This document shows positions 16,940 through 25,851 of a stretch of DNA of 64,000 nucleotides, piece after piece. The position numbers and the translations under genes were made by a program. The notes under the pieces were generated by a model. That model was not told the DNA's origin, ran no database searches, and saw nothing but the letters and a program-made list of their open reading frames with translations. The DNA lies in the NCBI GenBank assembly GCA_963696405.1, contig CAVOJY010000003.1, positions 303-64,302 of the forward strand. The letters are read 5' to 3'. The stretch is from an uncultured Chloroflexia bacterium (GTDB lineage Bacteria; Chloroflexota; Limnocylindria; Limnocylindrales; CSP1-4). Numbering within the stretch: the first letter of the stretch is position 1; each line of letters starts with the position of its first letter.

Positions 16940-17657
16940 GTGCCTCGTCCTGCTGGTGTACCGGTCAACCATCATCGAGCCTACGCGTGCCGCCGCCGCG
17001 ATGTCAACGCTCAGCCCCGCTTCCCATCCTCGGCGGCGCTCGGAAACGTGAATGGCCAACGACACGACGGCTGATCGTGTATCTTGGTCGACCGGTGGGC
17101 CACCCAAGGTGGGGTGGCGCCGGCCAGCGGGCACCCGATGGCAGGGGGCCACCAGAGAACTGTACTGACGAAGCGTCGCAGGGCCGGGGCTCGTGCTTCG
17201 TCGTTGGCGCAGGGCAGATGCTCCGTCGAGCCGAATTCCCCGCGGAACCCGGGCCTGGGCGGCCTCCTCCTCACCGCCCAGGCCGGGCTTCCGTCAGGCG
17301 GCCCGACGCGATCCCCGAGTATCTGCCGCGCATCACTCCGGGCAATCGTGGGCGGAACCTGGCCCCACAGAGTCCGTCGTCCCGTGTCCCTGACGCCGCG
17401 ACGCCGGCCGCGGCTGGGCCAGGTTCCTCGCCGAGTGGCCGATGCGGCGGTCATCCGGCCGCGCGGACACTGCCGGGGCCGCTCAGGCTGTGGATACCAC
17501 CGCGGTCAGCACTGGGCGGCAGAAGACCGGGGCCGACCGCGTGATCGAGCGCACGACACCGCCGACTGGTGGCCCGCGCCTTGGCCCACCCCGTCGCCCT
17601 CGCGCCTGGCGACCCGCGCCAGGGCGCGGCCTCTGCTGGCCGGGGGCGCGGTAGGCT

Positions 17658-17689
17658 GGAACCTCGTGTCGGCGCGGAACCTCGTGTCG
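17658..17689. repeat. Direct repeat GGAACCTCGTGTCG x2 (18-nt period)
   Basis: The sequence is ggaacctcgtgtcg gcgc ggaacctcgtgtcg. It lies in the long intergenic region upstream of mttB-1. Confidence 0.7.
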
Positions 17690-17700
17690 CTGTGGGCAGC

Positions 17701-17750
17701 TTGACGCGTCAAGGGCAATGGTCTACGGTTTACCAAGGGTCGACCGGTGG
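17701..17750 (+). promoter_or_regulatory. Putative promoter and operator cluster upstream of mttB-1
   Basis: The -35 is TTGACG (17701-17706), which is part of the palindrome TTGACGCGTCAA. A 17-nt spacer precedes the -10 TACGGT (17724-17729). GGTCTACGGTTTACC (17720-17734) overlaps the -10 and recurs as GGTAGACGGTTTACC at 21685-21699. GGTCGACCGGTGG (17738-17750) is identical to 17086-17098. Confidence 0.45.
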
Positions 17751-17963
17751 CCTTCTTGCGGTGCCGGAGGGACCATGCCCAGGTGCGGCAGGTTGGCGGA
17801 GGAGGGCGGACGATGCGCTCGGCGAGCGGCCGTAAGCGACGCACCGCGTGCTGGCGGACGGCGGATGCCGTTGACACGACGCCGGCAACCGGGACCATGG
17901 GTGACCGCAGCGGACGCTTGCGCGATCTCGCGCACAGTCGAACCCGGAAGGAGAGCCCCCACC

Positions 17964-19411
17964 ATGCAGACTCCCTACCTTCGCTTCCTCGACCGCGAGG
18001 ACCTCGAGAAGATCCACGGGGCGTCGCTGCGCATCCTCGACGAAGTGGGCATGCTGGTGGAGCACGAGCCGCTGCAGGACATCCTCGAAGCGGCCGGCTG
18101 CCGGGTGGACCGCTCGACCAACCGGGTGTACTTCCCGCCCGACGTGGTGGAGGCCGCCCGCTCGCGCATCCCCAAGCGCCTTACGTACCACGGCCGCACG
18201 CCCGAGTTCGACCGGGTGACCTCCCTTGACGGCGACATCTTCGCCCGCAACCCGGGGGGCTGCCCCGACTACGTCGATCCCCGCACCGGGGAGTACCGCC
18301 GCGCCCGCCTCGCCGACTGGCGCGACTTCTGCACCCTCGTCGACGCCCTCCCCAACATCGGGGCCCTGGCCAACCAGCACTGCGGCGACGTCCCCGGGCG
18401 CACCTCCGACATCCACAGCCTGCGGACCGTGCTGGAGGCCCAGCGCAAGTGCTCCGTCCACGGCGCCTCCACGGTGGAGAACCTGCGCTACCAGGTCGAG
18501 CTGATGCTGGCGGTGCGGGGCACCCGGGAGGCGCTCGCCGACGCGGCCCATGGTCCACAACATGGTGTCGCCGATCAACCCCCTCTACCTCGACCCCGAC
18601 AACTGCGCCCAGCTCATCCTCTGCTGCGAGTACGGCCTGCCGCTGGACATCGCGGTCATGGCCATGGTGGGCATCACGGCGCCCGCCACGCTGGCCGGGG
18701 CCCTGGCCCAGACGCTGGCCGAGGAGTTGGGCACCATCACCGCCATCCAGGCCATCCGACCCGGGCACCCGGTCGCCTTCTTCATCGACCCGATGGTGGG
18801 CAACATGCGCAGTGGCGAAGCCCTCGCCGGGGCCCCCGAGTCGGCCCTCCTGCTCTCGGCCATCTGCCAGCTGGGCACCGAGCTCTTCGGCCTGCCCACC
18901 GAGGCCATCGGCTTCAACACCGACGGCTTCAGCTCCGCCCAGACCATGTTCGGCAAGGCCCAGAACCTGGCCTTCCAGGTGCTCTCGGGGGGCAAGCTCG
19001 TGGTGGGGGCAGGCTCGGTGGAGAGCATCATGGCCCTTGAGCGCCGCCCAGCTCGTCCTCGACGACGAGTTCATCGCCATCGCCCGCCGCTGGCTGGCGG
19101 GCATCACCGTCACCGAGGAGACGCTGGCCCTCGAGGTGGTGAAGCGGGTGGGTCCCCGGGGCGACTACCTCAGCGACGACCACACCGTGGACGCCATCCA
19201 TGCCGGCGAGCTCCTCGATCTCAAGCTGGCCGAGCGGGAGAGCCGCCGCCAGGTCTGGGAGCTGGGGGGCAGCAAGACACTGGAGTCGAGGGCCGCCGCG
19301 AAGGCCGTCGAGATCCTCGACAGCCACGTGGTTCCCCCGCTCCCCGACGAGGTCCTCCGCGACATCGCCGGCATCATGGCGCAGGCCGATGCGGAGCTGG
19401 CAGGGGAGTGA
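17964..19411 (+). pseudogene. MttB-superfamily (non-pyrrolysine trimethylamine-methyltransferase-like) protein, inactivated by two +1 insertions
   Basis: RBS GGAAGGAGAG precedes ATG 17964. The sequence MQTPYLRFLDREDLEKIHGASLRILDEVGMLVEHEP... is collinear with the intact paralogue at 35593..37038. The frame changes 0>1 at about 18543 (ALAD-g-RPMVHNMVSPINPLYL) and 1>2 at about 19039 (SIMAL-g-SAAQLVLDDEFIAIARRW). The length is 1448 nt, equal to 1446 + 2, and 1446 nt is exactly the length of the paralogue. Confidence 0.85.
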
Positions 19412-19457
19412 GCGCAACCGCACGGTCCACGCGCAGTTCACGACTACCAAGGGAGTT

Positions 19458-19473
19458 GGCCGACCGGTCGGCC
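19458..19473. promoter_or_regulatory. Perfect 16-bp palindrome GGCCGACCGGTCGGCC. It could be an operator or a terminator-like hairpin.
   Basis: It lies 47 nt after the mttB-1 stop and 92 nt before the cupin start. It shares the CGACCGGTCG core with sites at 24457, 17086, 17738 and 37267. Confidence 0.4.
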
Positions 19474-19564
19474 AGCTATCATGGACCAGCAGCGGCGGTC
19501 GCCACCACGCTGTCTGCAGGGGCGACAGGCCCAGACGGAATGCAGCGTGAGGGAGGTTCATGCC

Positions 19565-20008
19565 ATGTGCGTTCAGACCGTGACCTACTCGAAGACCGCG
19601 TTCTCGAAGATCGACTGGCCCGCGCTGGATGCGGCGGCGCTTGAGCCGTACCCGACCAAGCCCGAGTCGAAGTTCCGCTGGGCCATCATCCTCGACGAGC
19701 CCACCTGCCAGGTCGTGGTCGAGGACTGGCTCAAGGGCAACGACATCGAGTGGACCTACTGGGTCGACTCGCTCTTCTTCGTCGTCTCCGGCAGCGCGGA
19801 GGTCGAGATCTGGCAGCCCCCGAACTGGGTGACGAAGACGACGAAGGTCGTGGAGAAGGGATCTGTCTTCCTCTGCCCGCGGGGCGCCCGCGCGAGCTTC
19901 AAGACCCTGAGCGACGAGCCCTTCCGGCACATCGTCGTCGACATCCCGAACGCGGGCTACTCGGTCGAGGAGATCAACGCCGGAGCGGCGGAGCGGGCAG
20001 CGGAGTAG
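19565..20008 (+). CDS. Cupin-fold protein (EutQ-like, single domain)
   Basis: RBS GGGAGG precedes ATG 19565. The sequence is MCVQTVTYSKTAFSKIDW...EWTYWVDSLFFVVSGSAEVEI...KGSVFLCPRGARASFK. Confidence 0.65.
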   Translation: MCVQTVTYSKTAFSKIDWPALDAAALEPYPTKPESKFRWAIILDEPTCQVVVEDWLKGNDIEWTYWVDSLFFVVSGSAEVEIWQPPNWVTKTTKVVEKGSVFLCPRGARASFKTLSDEPFRHIVVDIPNAGYSVEEINAGAAERAAE

Positions 20009-20101
20009 CGGCTCCCCGACTCGCGATGGTGGCGGGTGAGGTCCGCGCGACCCGCCCGCCACACGGGCACTGAGCACGTAACGAGAACAGGAGGAGCTCC
20101 C

Positions 20102-20881
20102 GTGGCAAGTGGACTGAACCGGCTCGCGGGCAAGCGTGCCCTGGTCACCGGGGCCGGCTCCGGGATCGGCGAGGCGACGGCCATCCTCTACGCCCGCGAG
20201 GGGGCCAAGGTCGGCCTCGTGGCGCGGCGGCAGCAAATGCTGGAGGACGTGGCGGCCCGGATCCGGGCCGATGGAGGCGAGGTGCTCGTCCTCCCGTGTG
20301 ACGTATCGAAGGAGCCCGAGGTCGAGGCGGCCTTCGCCAAGGTGGTCGAGGCCTGGGGCGGCCTGGACGTCTGCGTGGGCGTCGCCGGCATCGAGCCGTA
20401 CGACCGCGGCGACACGAAGTGCCACGAGCTGGAACTGTCGGTCTGGGACGAGGTCATCGGCATCAATCTCACCGGCATGTTTCTCACCTGCAAGTACGCC
20501 ATCCGGGAGATGCTCAAGGTGGGCGGCGGCTCGCTGATCATCACGGGGTCCCCGTGCGGGCGCATCGGGCACTGCCTCGGGGAGACGGCCTACAGCGCGA
20601 GCAAGGCGGGCACCCACGGCCTCGTGCGAACGCTCGCCAACGAGTACGCGCGGGACAACATCCGGGTCAACTGCGTCATCCCCGGTTTCATCGATACGCC
20701 CATGAACAAGATCTTCATCGAGCAGGCCCCATCGCTGGAGGAGCTGTGCGCCAACATCCCCATGCGACGGCCCGGCCACGCCGACGAGGTCGCCCCGATG
20801 AACCTCTGGCTGGCCACCGACGAGGCTTCGTACACCTGCGGAGCCTTCTTCATCGTCGACGGCGGCCAGACGGCCGTCTGA
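20102..20881 (+). CDS. SDR-family oxidoreductase
   Basis: RBS AGGAGG precedes GTG 20102. Motifs: ALVTGAGSGIGEA (TGxxxGxG) and the catalytic YSASKAG. The C-terminus is FIVDGGQTAV. Confidence 0.9.
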   Translation: MASGLNRLAGKRALVTGAGSGIGEATAILYAREGAKVGLVARRQQMLEDVAARIRADGGEVLVLPCDVSKEPEVEAAFAKVVEAWGGLDVCVGVAGIEPYDRGDTKCHELELSVWDEVIGINLTGMFLTCKYAIREMLKVGGGSLIITGSPCGRIGHCLGETAYSASKAGTHGLVRTLANEYARDNIRVNCVIPGFIDTPMNKIFIEQAPSLEELCANIPMRRPGHADEVAPMNLWLATDEASYTCGAFFIVDGGQTAV

Positions 20882-20948
20882 CGAGCAACCGACAACCGGC
20901 GACTCCCCTGGAAGTCGGGGAGTCGAGCCTGAGGGAAGGCCTCCCGGT

Positions 20949-21665
20949 CTAGCGCAGGGAGGCCACGTCGAACGGCCGCTCCTCGGTGTAGCCGAAGTGG
21001 AGTTCGATCGCGGCCGCGACGCGGGCCTCGTCGCGCGCGATCAGCGCATCGACGATGTCCCGGTGCACGCGGTCCTGCTCCCACGTCGTCGGCGGGACCC
21101 AGTTGAGAGGCTGCCGGCGCTCGTGGGCGGTGCGGAGGAGCAGGATCGTCTCGGAAGCCAGCTGGTCGAAGGTCGTCAGGAGACGGCTGTTTCCCCCCAG
21201 AACGACGATCGCGCGGTGGAAGTCGAGATCCAGGCCCCACGCTGTCGTGTAGTCGCCGGCCTGGTACGCCGCCTCCATCTTCGGGAGCAGCTTCCGGAGT
21301 GCCGCCAGTTCGTCCTTGTGCGCCCGGGCGATGGCCAGGCGGGCCGCCGCGGTCTCGATGACGTCGCGGGCGTAGTAGACCTCCTCGAGGTCCGACTCGG
21401 ATGGGGACGAGACGAAGGTGCCCCGCCGGGGCAGGTCGACCGCGAGGCCAAGGCGGGTCATCTCGCGAAGTGCCTCGCGGACCGGCCCGCGGCTCACTCC
21501 GTACCGCGCCGCCAGGTCGCGCTCGGCGAGCTTGGTGCCCTCCGGCAGGACACCGCCCAGGATGTCGTCGCGCAAACGCTCGGCGACCACTTCCCAGAGC
21601 TGCGGATGCACGATCGGACCGCGGGTGGACCCCGTGCCGGTCGGGGTCAGCGTCGTCTGCGTCAT
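20949..21665 (-). CDS. GntR-family regulator, FadR subfamily
   Basis: The wHTH is GTKLAERDLAARYGVSRGPVREALREMTRLGLAV. The FCD region includes LDLDFHRAIVVLGGN. Confidence 0.9.
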   Translation of the reverse strand: MTQTTLTPTGTGSTRGPIVHPQLWEVVAERLRDDILGGVLPEGTKLAERDLAARYGVSRGPVREALREMTRLGLAVDLPRRGTFVSSPSESDLEEVYYARDVIETAAARLAIARAHKDELAALRKLLPKMEAAYQAGDYTTAWGLDLDFHRAIVVLGGNSRLLTTFDQLASETILLLRTAHERRQPLNWVPPTTWEQDRVHRDIVDALIARDEARVAAAIELHFGYTEERPFDVASLR

Positions 21666-21671
21666 GCTCGC

Positions 21672-21699
21672 ATTGTAGCCGGGCGGTAGACGGTTTACC
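21672..21699 (-). promoter_or_regulatory. Putative leaderless promoter with a candidate operator for the GntR gene 20949..21665
   Basis: The minus strand reads ggcTACAATgcgagcATG. The -10 TACAAT (21677-21672) ends 6 nt before the start codon, so the transcript would start at or next to the ATG. GGTAGACGGTTTACC (21685-21699) sits in the spacer/-35 region. Confidence 0.45.
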
Positions 21700-21741
21700 G
21701 ATGCCGGTACCAGCCTGGCCCTGCTCTCGGCCTGCGCATCC

Positions 21742-22728
21742 CTACAGCAGCAGCCAGGTACCGGCGCCGGCCTCCAGGGCGCGGCGGCAGACGAGCGGCG
21801 CGACGGCCATGTCGTCCATGGCGATGCCGAGGTTGCAGGTCATCGTCCGTTCGGTGGCGTTCTCGCGACCGGGCTTCGCACCCGTGACCAGCTCGCCCAG
21901 GTCGGCGTGCACGTCCGGGATGTCCCGGAAATAGCCAACCTCCCGGTAGTGCAGCAGCTGGGGAAGGTCGTCGGTGCAGAACTTCGCGCACTCCCGCATG
22001 GCGTGGGGGTGCCAGTAGGAGTCGAAGTCGACCAGCGACGCAAAGGCGCCAGCTTCGAGCCAGCCCGGCTGGATGGTCGCATGGGGCTCGCGCAGGATGG
22101 GACCGGCGGTGACGACGACGTCGCACCCGGCCACCGCCTCCCGAGGGGTGGCCACCACCGCGACTTCGAGGCCGAACTCCTCGGCCATGTCGGCCGCGTA
22201 GCGCTCGGCAACCTCGCGAAGGGTGTCGAACGCGAGAACCCGGCGGATGGGGAGCACGACCCGGAGCGCCTCGAGGTTCGTGCGCCCCTGCACGCCGCAA
22301 CCCAGGACGCCGAGAACCGCCGAGTCCGGCCGGGCGAGGTAGCGGGCGGCAACGGCCGTGGCCGCGCCCGTGCGCATGGCGGTGATCCACGTGCAGTCCA
22401 TGACGGCCATCGGGACCCCGGTCTCGACGTCGTTGAGCACCAGGAGCCCGGTGATGTAGGGCAGCCCGCGCTCGGCGTTCCCGGGGAAGCCCGACACCCA
22501 CTTCATCCCGGCCGAGCCGAGGGCAGGGATATACGCGGGCATGGCGTGGATGAAGTTGTCGCCTCCTCCGGGGTGAATCCCCGGTTTCGGCGGCATCTCC
22601 ACCCGCCCGGCGCCCTTTTCGCGGAACGCCTGCTCCAGCGCATCGACGATCTCGGTCATCGACGGCCCGACGGCCGCGACCTCGTCGCGCGAGAGGTAGA
22701 GCAGACGTCCAGGTTCGACGGCGGTCAT
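21742..22728 (-). CDS. Ornithine cyclodeaminase / mu-crystallin family protein
   Basis: ATG 22728 is in frame with ORF 21742..22845. Motifs: YITGLLVLNDVETGVPMAVMDCTWITAMRTGAATAVAARYLA and the Rossmann sequence LGVLGCGVQGRTNL. Confidence 0.85.
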   Translation of the reverse strand: MTAVEPGRLLYLSRDEVAAVGPSMTEIVDALEQAFREKGAGRVEMPPKPGIHPGGGDNFIHAMPAYIPALGSAGMKWVSGFPGNAERGLPYITGLLVLNDVETGVPMAVMDCTWITAMRTGAATAVAARYLARPDSAVLGVLGCGVQGRTNLEALRVVLPIRRVLAFDTLREVAERYAADMAEEFGLEVAVVATPREAVAGCDVVVTAGPILREPHATIQPGWLEAGAFASLVDFDSYWHPHAMRECAKFCTDDLPQLLHYREVGYFRDIPDVHADLGELVTGAKPGRENATERTMTCNLGIAMDDMAVAPLVCRRALEAGAGTWLLL

Positions 22729-22959
22729 GGCAAGCTCCGTTTCAGTCTTCGGGCTGTCCTGTTGGGGGGTGTCGTCGGACCGGGGCGTCGTCGTCCGGGG
22801 GCCGTCGTCGTCCGAGGCTCGGGGCCGGGGACCCCGCCGGCGCACTCTACCCCGGCCGGGGGCAGCGGTGCAGCGCCGTTGCCCACCGACCCGACCACGA
22901 AGGATCGGCTACGCTGCTGCTGGCGCCGGTAGGCGAGCCGCCCTTGCACGGAGGACCCG

Positions 22960-24270
22960 ATGACCGAAGCTGCCACGCCGCCGATCGAGCGTGAGCTCGA
23001 GCGGGCAGGGCTGCCTGATCTGCACCGCTACGCGTGGCTGGAGATCGATCTCGCTGCCCTCGTGCACAACGCGCGCGTGCTCCGGTCCCTGGTCGGCCCC
23101 GGGGTGCGGCTCGCGCTTGCGGCGAAGGCCAACGCCTACGGACACGGGCTGGAGATGTCGAGCTGGGCCGGCGTCGGAGCGGGCGCCGATTGCCTGATCC
23201 TGGGCACGTTCGATGAGGCGATGCGGCTCCGCGATTTCGGGCTGCAGGCCGATCTCCTCGTGGTGTACCCGGTTGCCCGGGACGCGGTGGGGGAGGCGGT
23301 CGTGCGAGGCGTCGACCTGGCTGCCTCGAACAGCGAGGCGACGGGGGCGCTGCTGGCCGCCTGGCGCGCCGTTATGCCGAAGCTGGGCGGGCGCGAGCTC
23401 AGGCTGCATCTCGAGGTGGACAGCGGCTTCACACGGGGCGGCGTTCTCCCGGACGGGGTGGTCGATGTCGCTCGGGCCATCCTCGCCGAGCCCGGCGTGC
23501 AACTGGCCGGAGTCTGGTCGCACCTCGCGCGCTCGAGCGACCCGGAGAGCGCCCGCGCGCAGGTCGAACGCTACGAGGCGGCCCTCGCGGCCCTGGGGGC
23601 GGCGGGGATCGAGCCGCGGCTCCGCCACATGGCTGCCTCGAGTGGTCTCCTGGGGGGAACCGGCCCACGCTACGACATGGTGCGCCTCGGCCTTGCGTAC
23701 TACGGAGAGCGGGAGCCCGAGCTGCGGCCCGACACGCCCGAGGCGGCTGCGGCGGCCGCCGCGCTGCGACCGGCCCTCACCCTCAAGGCGCGGGCGGTCC
23801 GCATCCAGGAGGTTGCCCGGGGCGAACGGGTCGGCTACGGCGGCGCCTGGGAAGCCCCGCGCACCTCGCTGATCGCCACGCTGCCTCTCGGATACGGCGA
23901 CGGCTACGTGCGCGCGTACTCGCCCGGCGCAGCGGTGCTCATCCGCGGGAAGCGGGCGCCGGTCGTCGGGCGCGTGTCGATGGACAGTCTGGCCGTCGAC
24001 GTGACCGACGTGCCGGGTGCGTCGCTCGACGATGATGTCGTGCTCATCGGGCCGCAGGGAGACGAACGCATCACGCTCGACGAGCTGGCCGCGACGCGAT
24101 CCTCGGTCAACTACGAGGTCATCGTCGGCCTCGGGGAGCGTCTCGCGCGGGTGTACCGCGACGCCGACGACATCGTGGCGGTTTCCCGGCCCGGTTCGAC
24201 GGTCGTGGTTTCGCCCAGGGCGTCCGCCCGCTGGTCGACCGGGAACCTGGCGCGGCACAGGCGGGGCTGA
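22960..24270 (+). CDS. alr: Alanine racemase
   Basis: Motifs: AWLEIDLAALVHNARVL, the PLP-Lys motif AAKANAYGHG, YYGE, VGYGG, LPLGYGDGY and GRVSMDSLAVDVTD. Confidence 0.85.
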   Translation: MTEAATPPIERELERAGLPDLHRYAWLEIDLAALVHNARVLRSLVGPGVRLALAAKANAYGHGLEMSSWAGVGAGADCLILGTFDEAMRLRDFGLQADLLVVYPVARDAVGEAVVRGVDLAASNSEATGALLAAWRAVMPKLGGRELRLHLEVDSGFTRGGVLPDGVVDVARAILAEPGVQLAGVWSHLARSSDPESARAQVERYEAALAALGAAGIEPRLRHMAASSGLLGGTGPRYDMVRLGLAYYGEREPELRPDTPEAAAAAAALRPALTLKARAVRIQEVARGERVGYGGAWEAPRTSLIATLPLGYGDGYVRAYSPGAAVLIRGKRAPVVGRVSMDSLAVDVTDVPGASLDDDVVLIGPQGDERITLDELAATRSSVNYEVIVGLGERLARVYRDADDIVAVSRPGSTVVVSPRASARWSTGNLARHRRG

Positions 24271-24550
24271 GAGCGGGGGCAACGCCCGCTTCGTCCCTCG
24301 CGGGTGCGGCGTGCCAGACGGGCGGGAGGCGTGGGGCGGACAGTCGTGAGGCGTTCGACATCGGGCCGAGGACACATGTCGGTCAGTCCGCATCGGGCTC
24401 AAAGCCGGGGGCTTGGGCGCGACGGCTAGAGTCCGAGTGATCGGTGCGCTCAGCGGTCGACCGGTCGATCGGACGCTCCTGGGGGTGAACAGGACGCGCT
24501 CGGGGCTATGTGCACACTCGGGCCATAGGAACAGAGGAGGAGACCGGAGG

Positions 24551-25812
24551 ATGAATAGGCGTCCGGCTCAACGCGCCGGACGGCGTCATCTCGCGCCGGC
24601 ACTTCCTGTACATCGCCGGGGGCACCGTCGCGGTCACGGTCGGCGCCCCAATTCTTGCTGCATGCGGCGCCAGCGCCACGCCAGCCCCCACGGCCGCCCC
24701 CACCGCCGCGCCCACGGCGGTTCCCAGCGGTGTGCCGTGCCCGACGGTGACCCCATCCACAACGGCGATCGGCGGCCCGCTCAACATGTTCACCTGGGCC
24801 GGCTACGAAGGCGCGGGCGTCGCCGAGATGGAGCAAGTGGTACAAGGACAACAACATCCAGCTCAACGTCAAGAACATCTCGAACGAGGATCCCATCGCA
24901 CTTCTTCAAGTCCCCGGCTCGGACAGGATTGGGACGCGGGGTCGCTTAACCAGGGCGACACTGGTACAACACGATCAGGGCGTCCTCGCGGCGGTGAGCG
25001 TCGAGGAGGTCCCGGCGTTCGAGAAGATGTACCCGTTCTTCAAGGAGAACGATTTCTTCAAGGTCTGCGACGGCGTGTACAACGCGGTCCCCTGGACGTG
25101 CGGGGCCGATCGCGCATCAACACCCTCCCGGAGCAAGGTGCCCGACGGATCCCTGGAGACTACGAGGGGCTATTCGACCCGAAGTGCAAGGGCCGCATCG
25201 GCACCTACGACGACGCCCTCAACATGGTCTCGATGGCAGCCGTCGCGACCGGGAACGACCCGCAACTCTCACGCGCGAGCAGCTGCAACGGGCCCGTCAG
25301 GGAGTGGCTCATGAAGCTCGAGCCGCAGCTCAAGGTGCTGTCCACGTCGATCGGCGACCAGATCAACCTGCTGTATCAGCGGCGACGTCGACATCAAGCT
25401 CGTCGGCCTGCATCTGGAACATCCCCAGGCGCCGAACCAGCAGGGCGTCGACACCATCGACTCACGGGTCGTCCCGAAGGAGGGCGACCTTCGGCTTCGT
25501 CGACTGCGTGTGATCATCACTGCCGTGGGCGAAGAACCGCGCAGAACGCCATCGCCTACGCCAACGCGCTCATCGAGGGCGACACGGCGGTCGCCGATGC
25601 AGGAGTCCGTGAACCAGCTGGGCCCCGTTGACGGAGGTCAACGCAGAAGATCAAGCCAGGAGGTCCGCGAGCCTCTATCCCGACGGATCTCGAGACCTAC
25701 TTCTCCGAGACCCTCAAGTGGAACAAGTCTTCTACTACGACCCGGCCGGCACGTACGCCACCGTCGAGGAGTGGCAGCAAGGTCTGGAACGAGGTGAAGG
25801 CCTCGGGCGTAG
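24551..25812 (+). pseudogene. ABC transporter substrate-binding protein (PotD/PotF-like, Tat-type signal), heavily frameshifted. The 3' end is approximate.
   Basis: RBS AGGAGG precedes ATG 24551. The signal RRHFLYIAGGTVAVTVGAPILAACGA is already out of frame with the ATG. These segments hop among all three frames: LNMFTWAGYEGAGV / WYKDNNIQLNVKNISNEDPIA / VSVEEVPAFEKMYPFFKENDFFKV / YEGLFDPKCKGRIGTYDDALNMVSMAAVATGNDP / KLEPQLKVLSTSIGDQINLL / AIAYANALIEGDTAV / YYDPAGTYATVEEWQQ. Confidence 0.75.
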
Positions 25813-25851
25813 GCGTTCGCCGGGCCCCCGCCGTTCTGACCGATGCTAACC

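Noticed and set aside
17380-17480. Cobalamin-riboswitch-like stretch (GATGCGGCGGTCATCCGGCCGCGCGGACACTGCCGGGG) upstream of an MttB gene
   Set aside because: It only loosely resembles the GGTGCGAATCCGG...GCCACTG core. The B12 box has a mismatch (GACACTG), the upstream AGGGAA/GGTG elements are missing, and it lies about 500 nt from the start codon and upstream of the best promoter candidate. It needs an Infernal scan before any claim.
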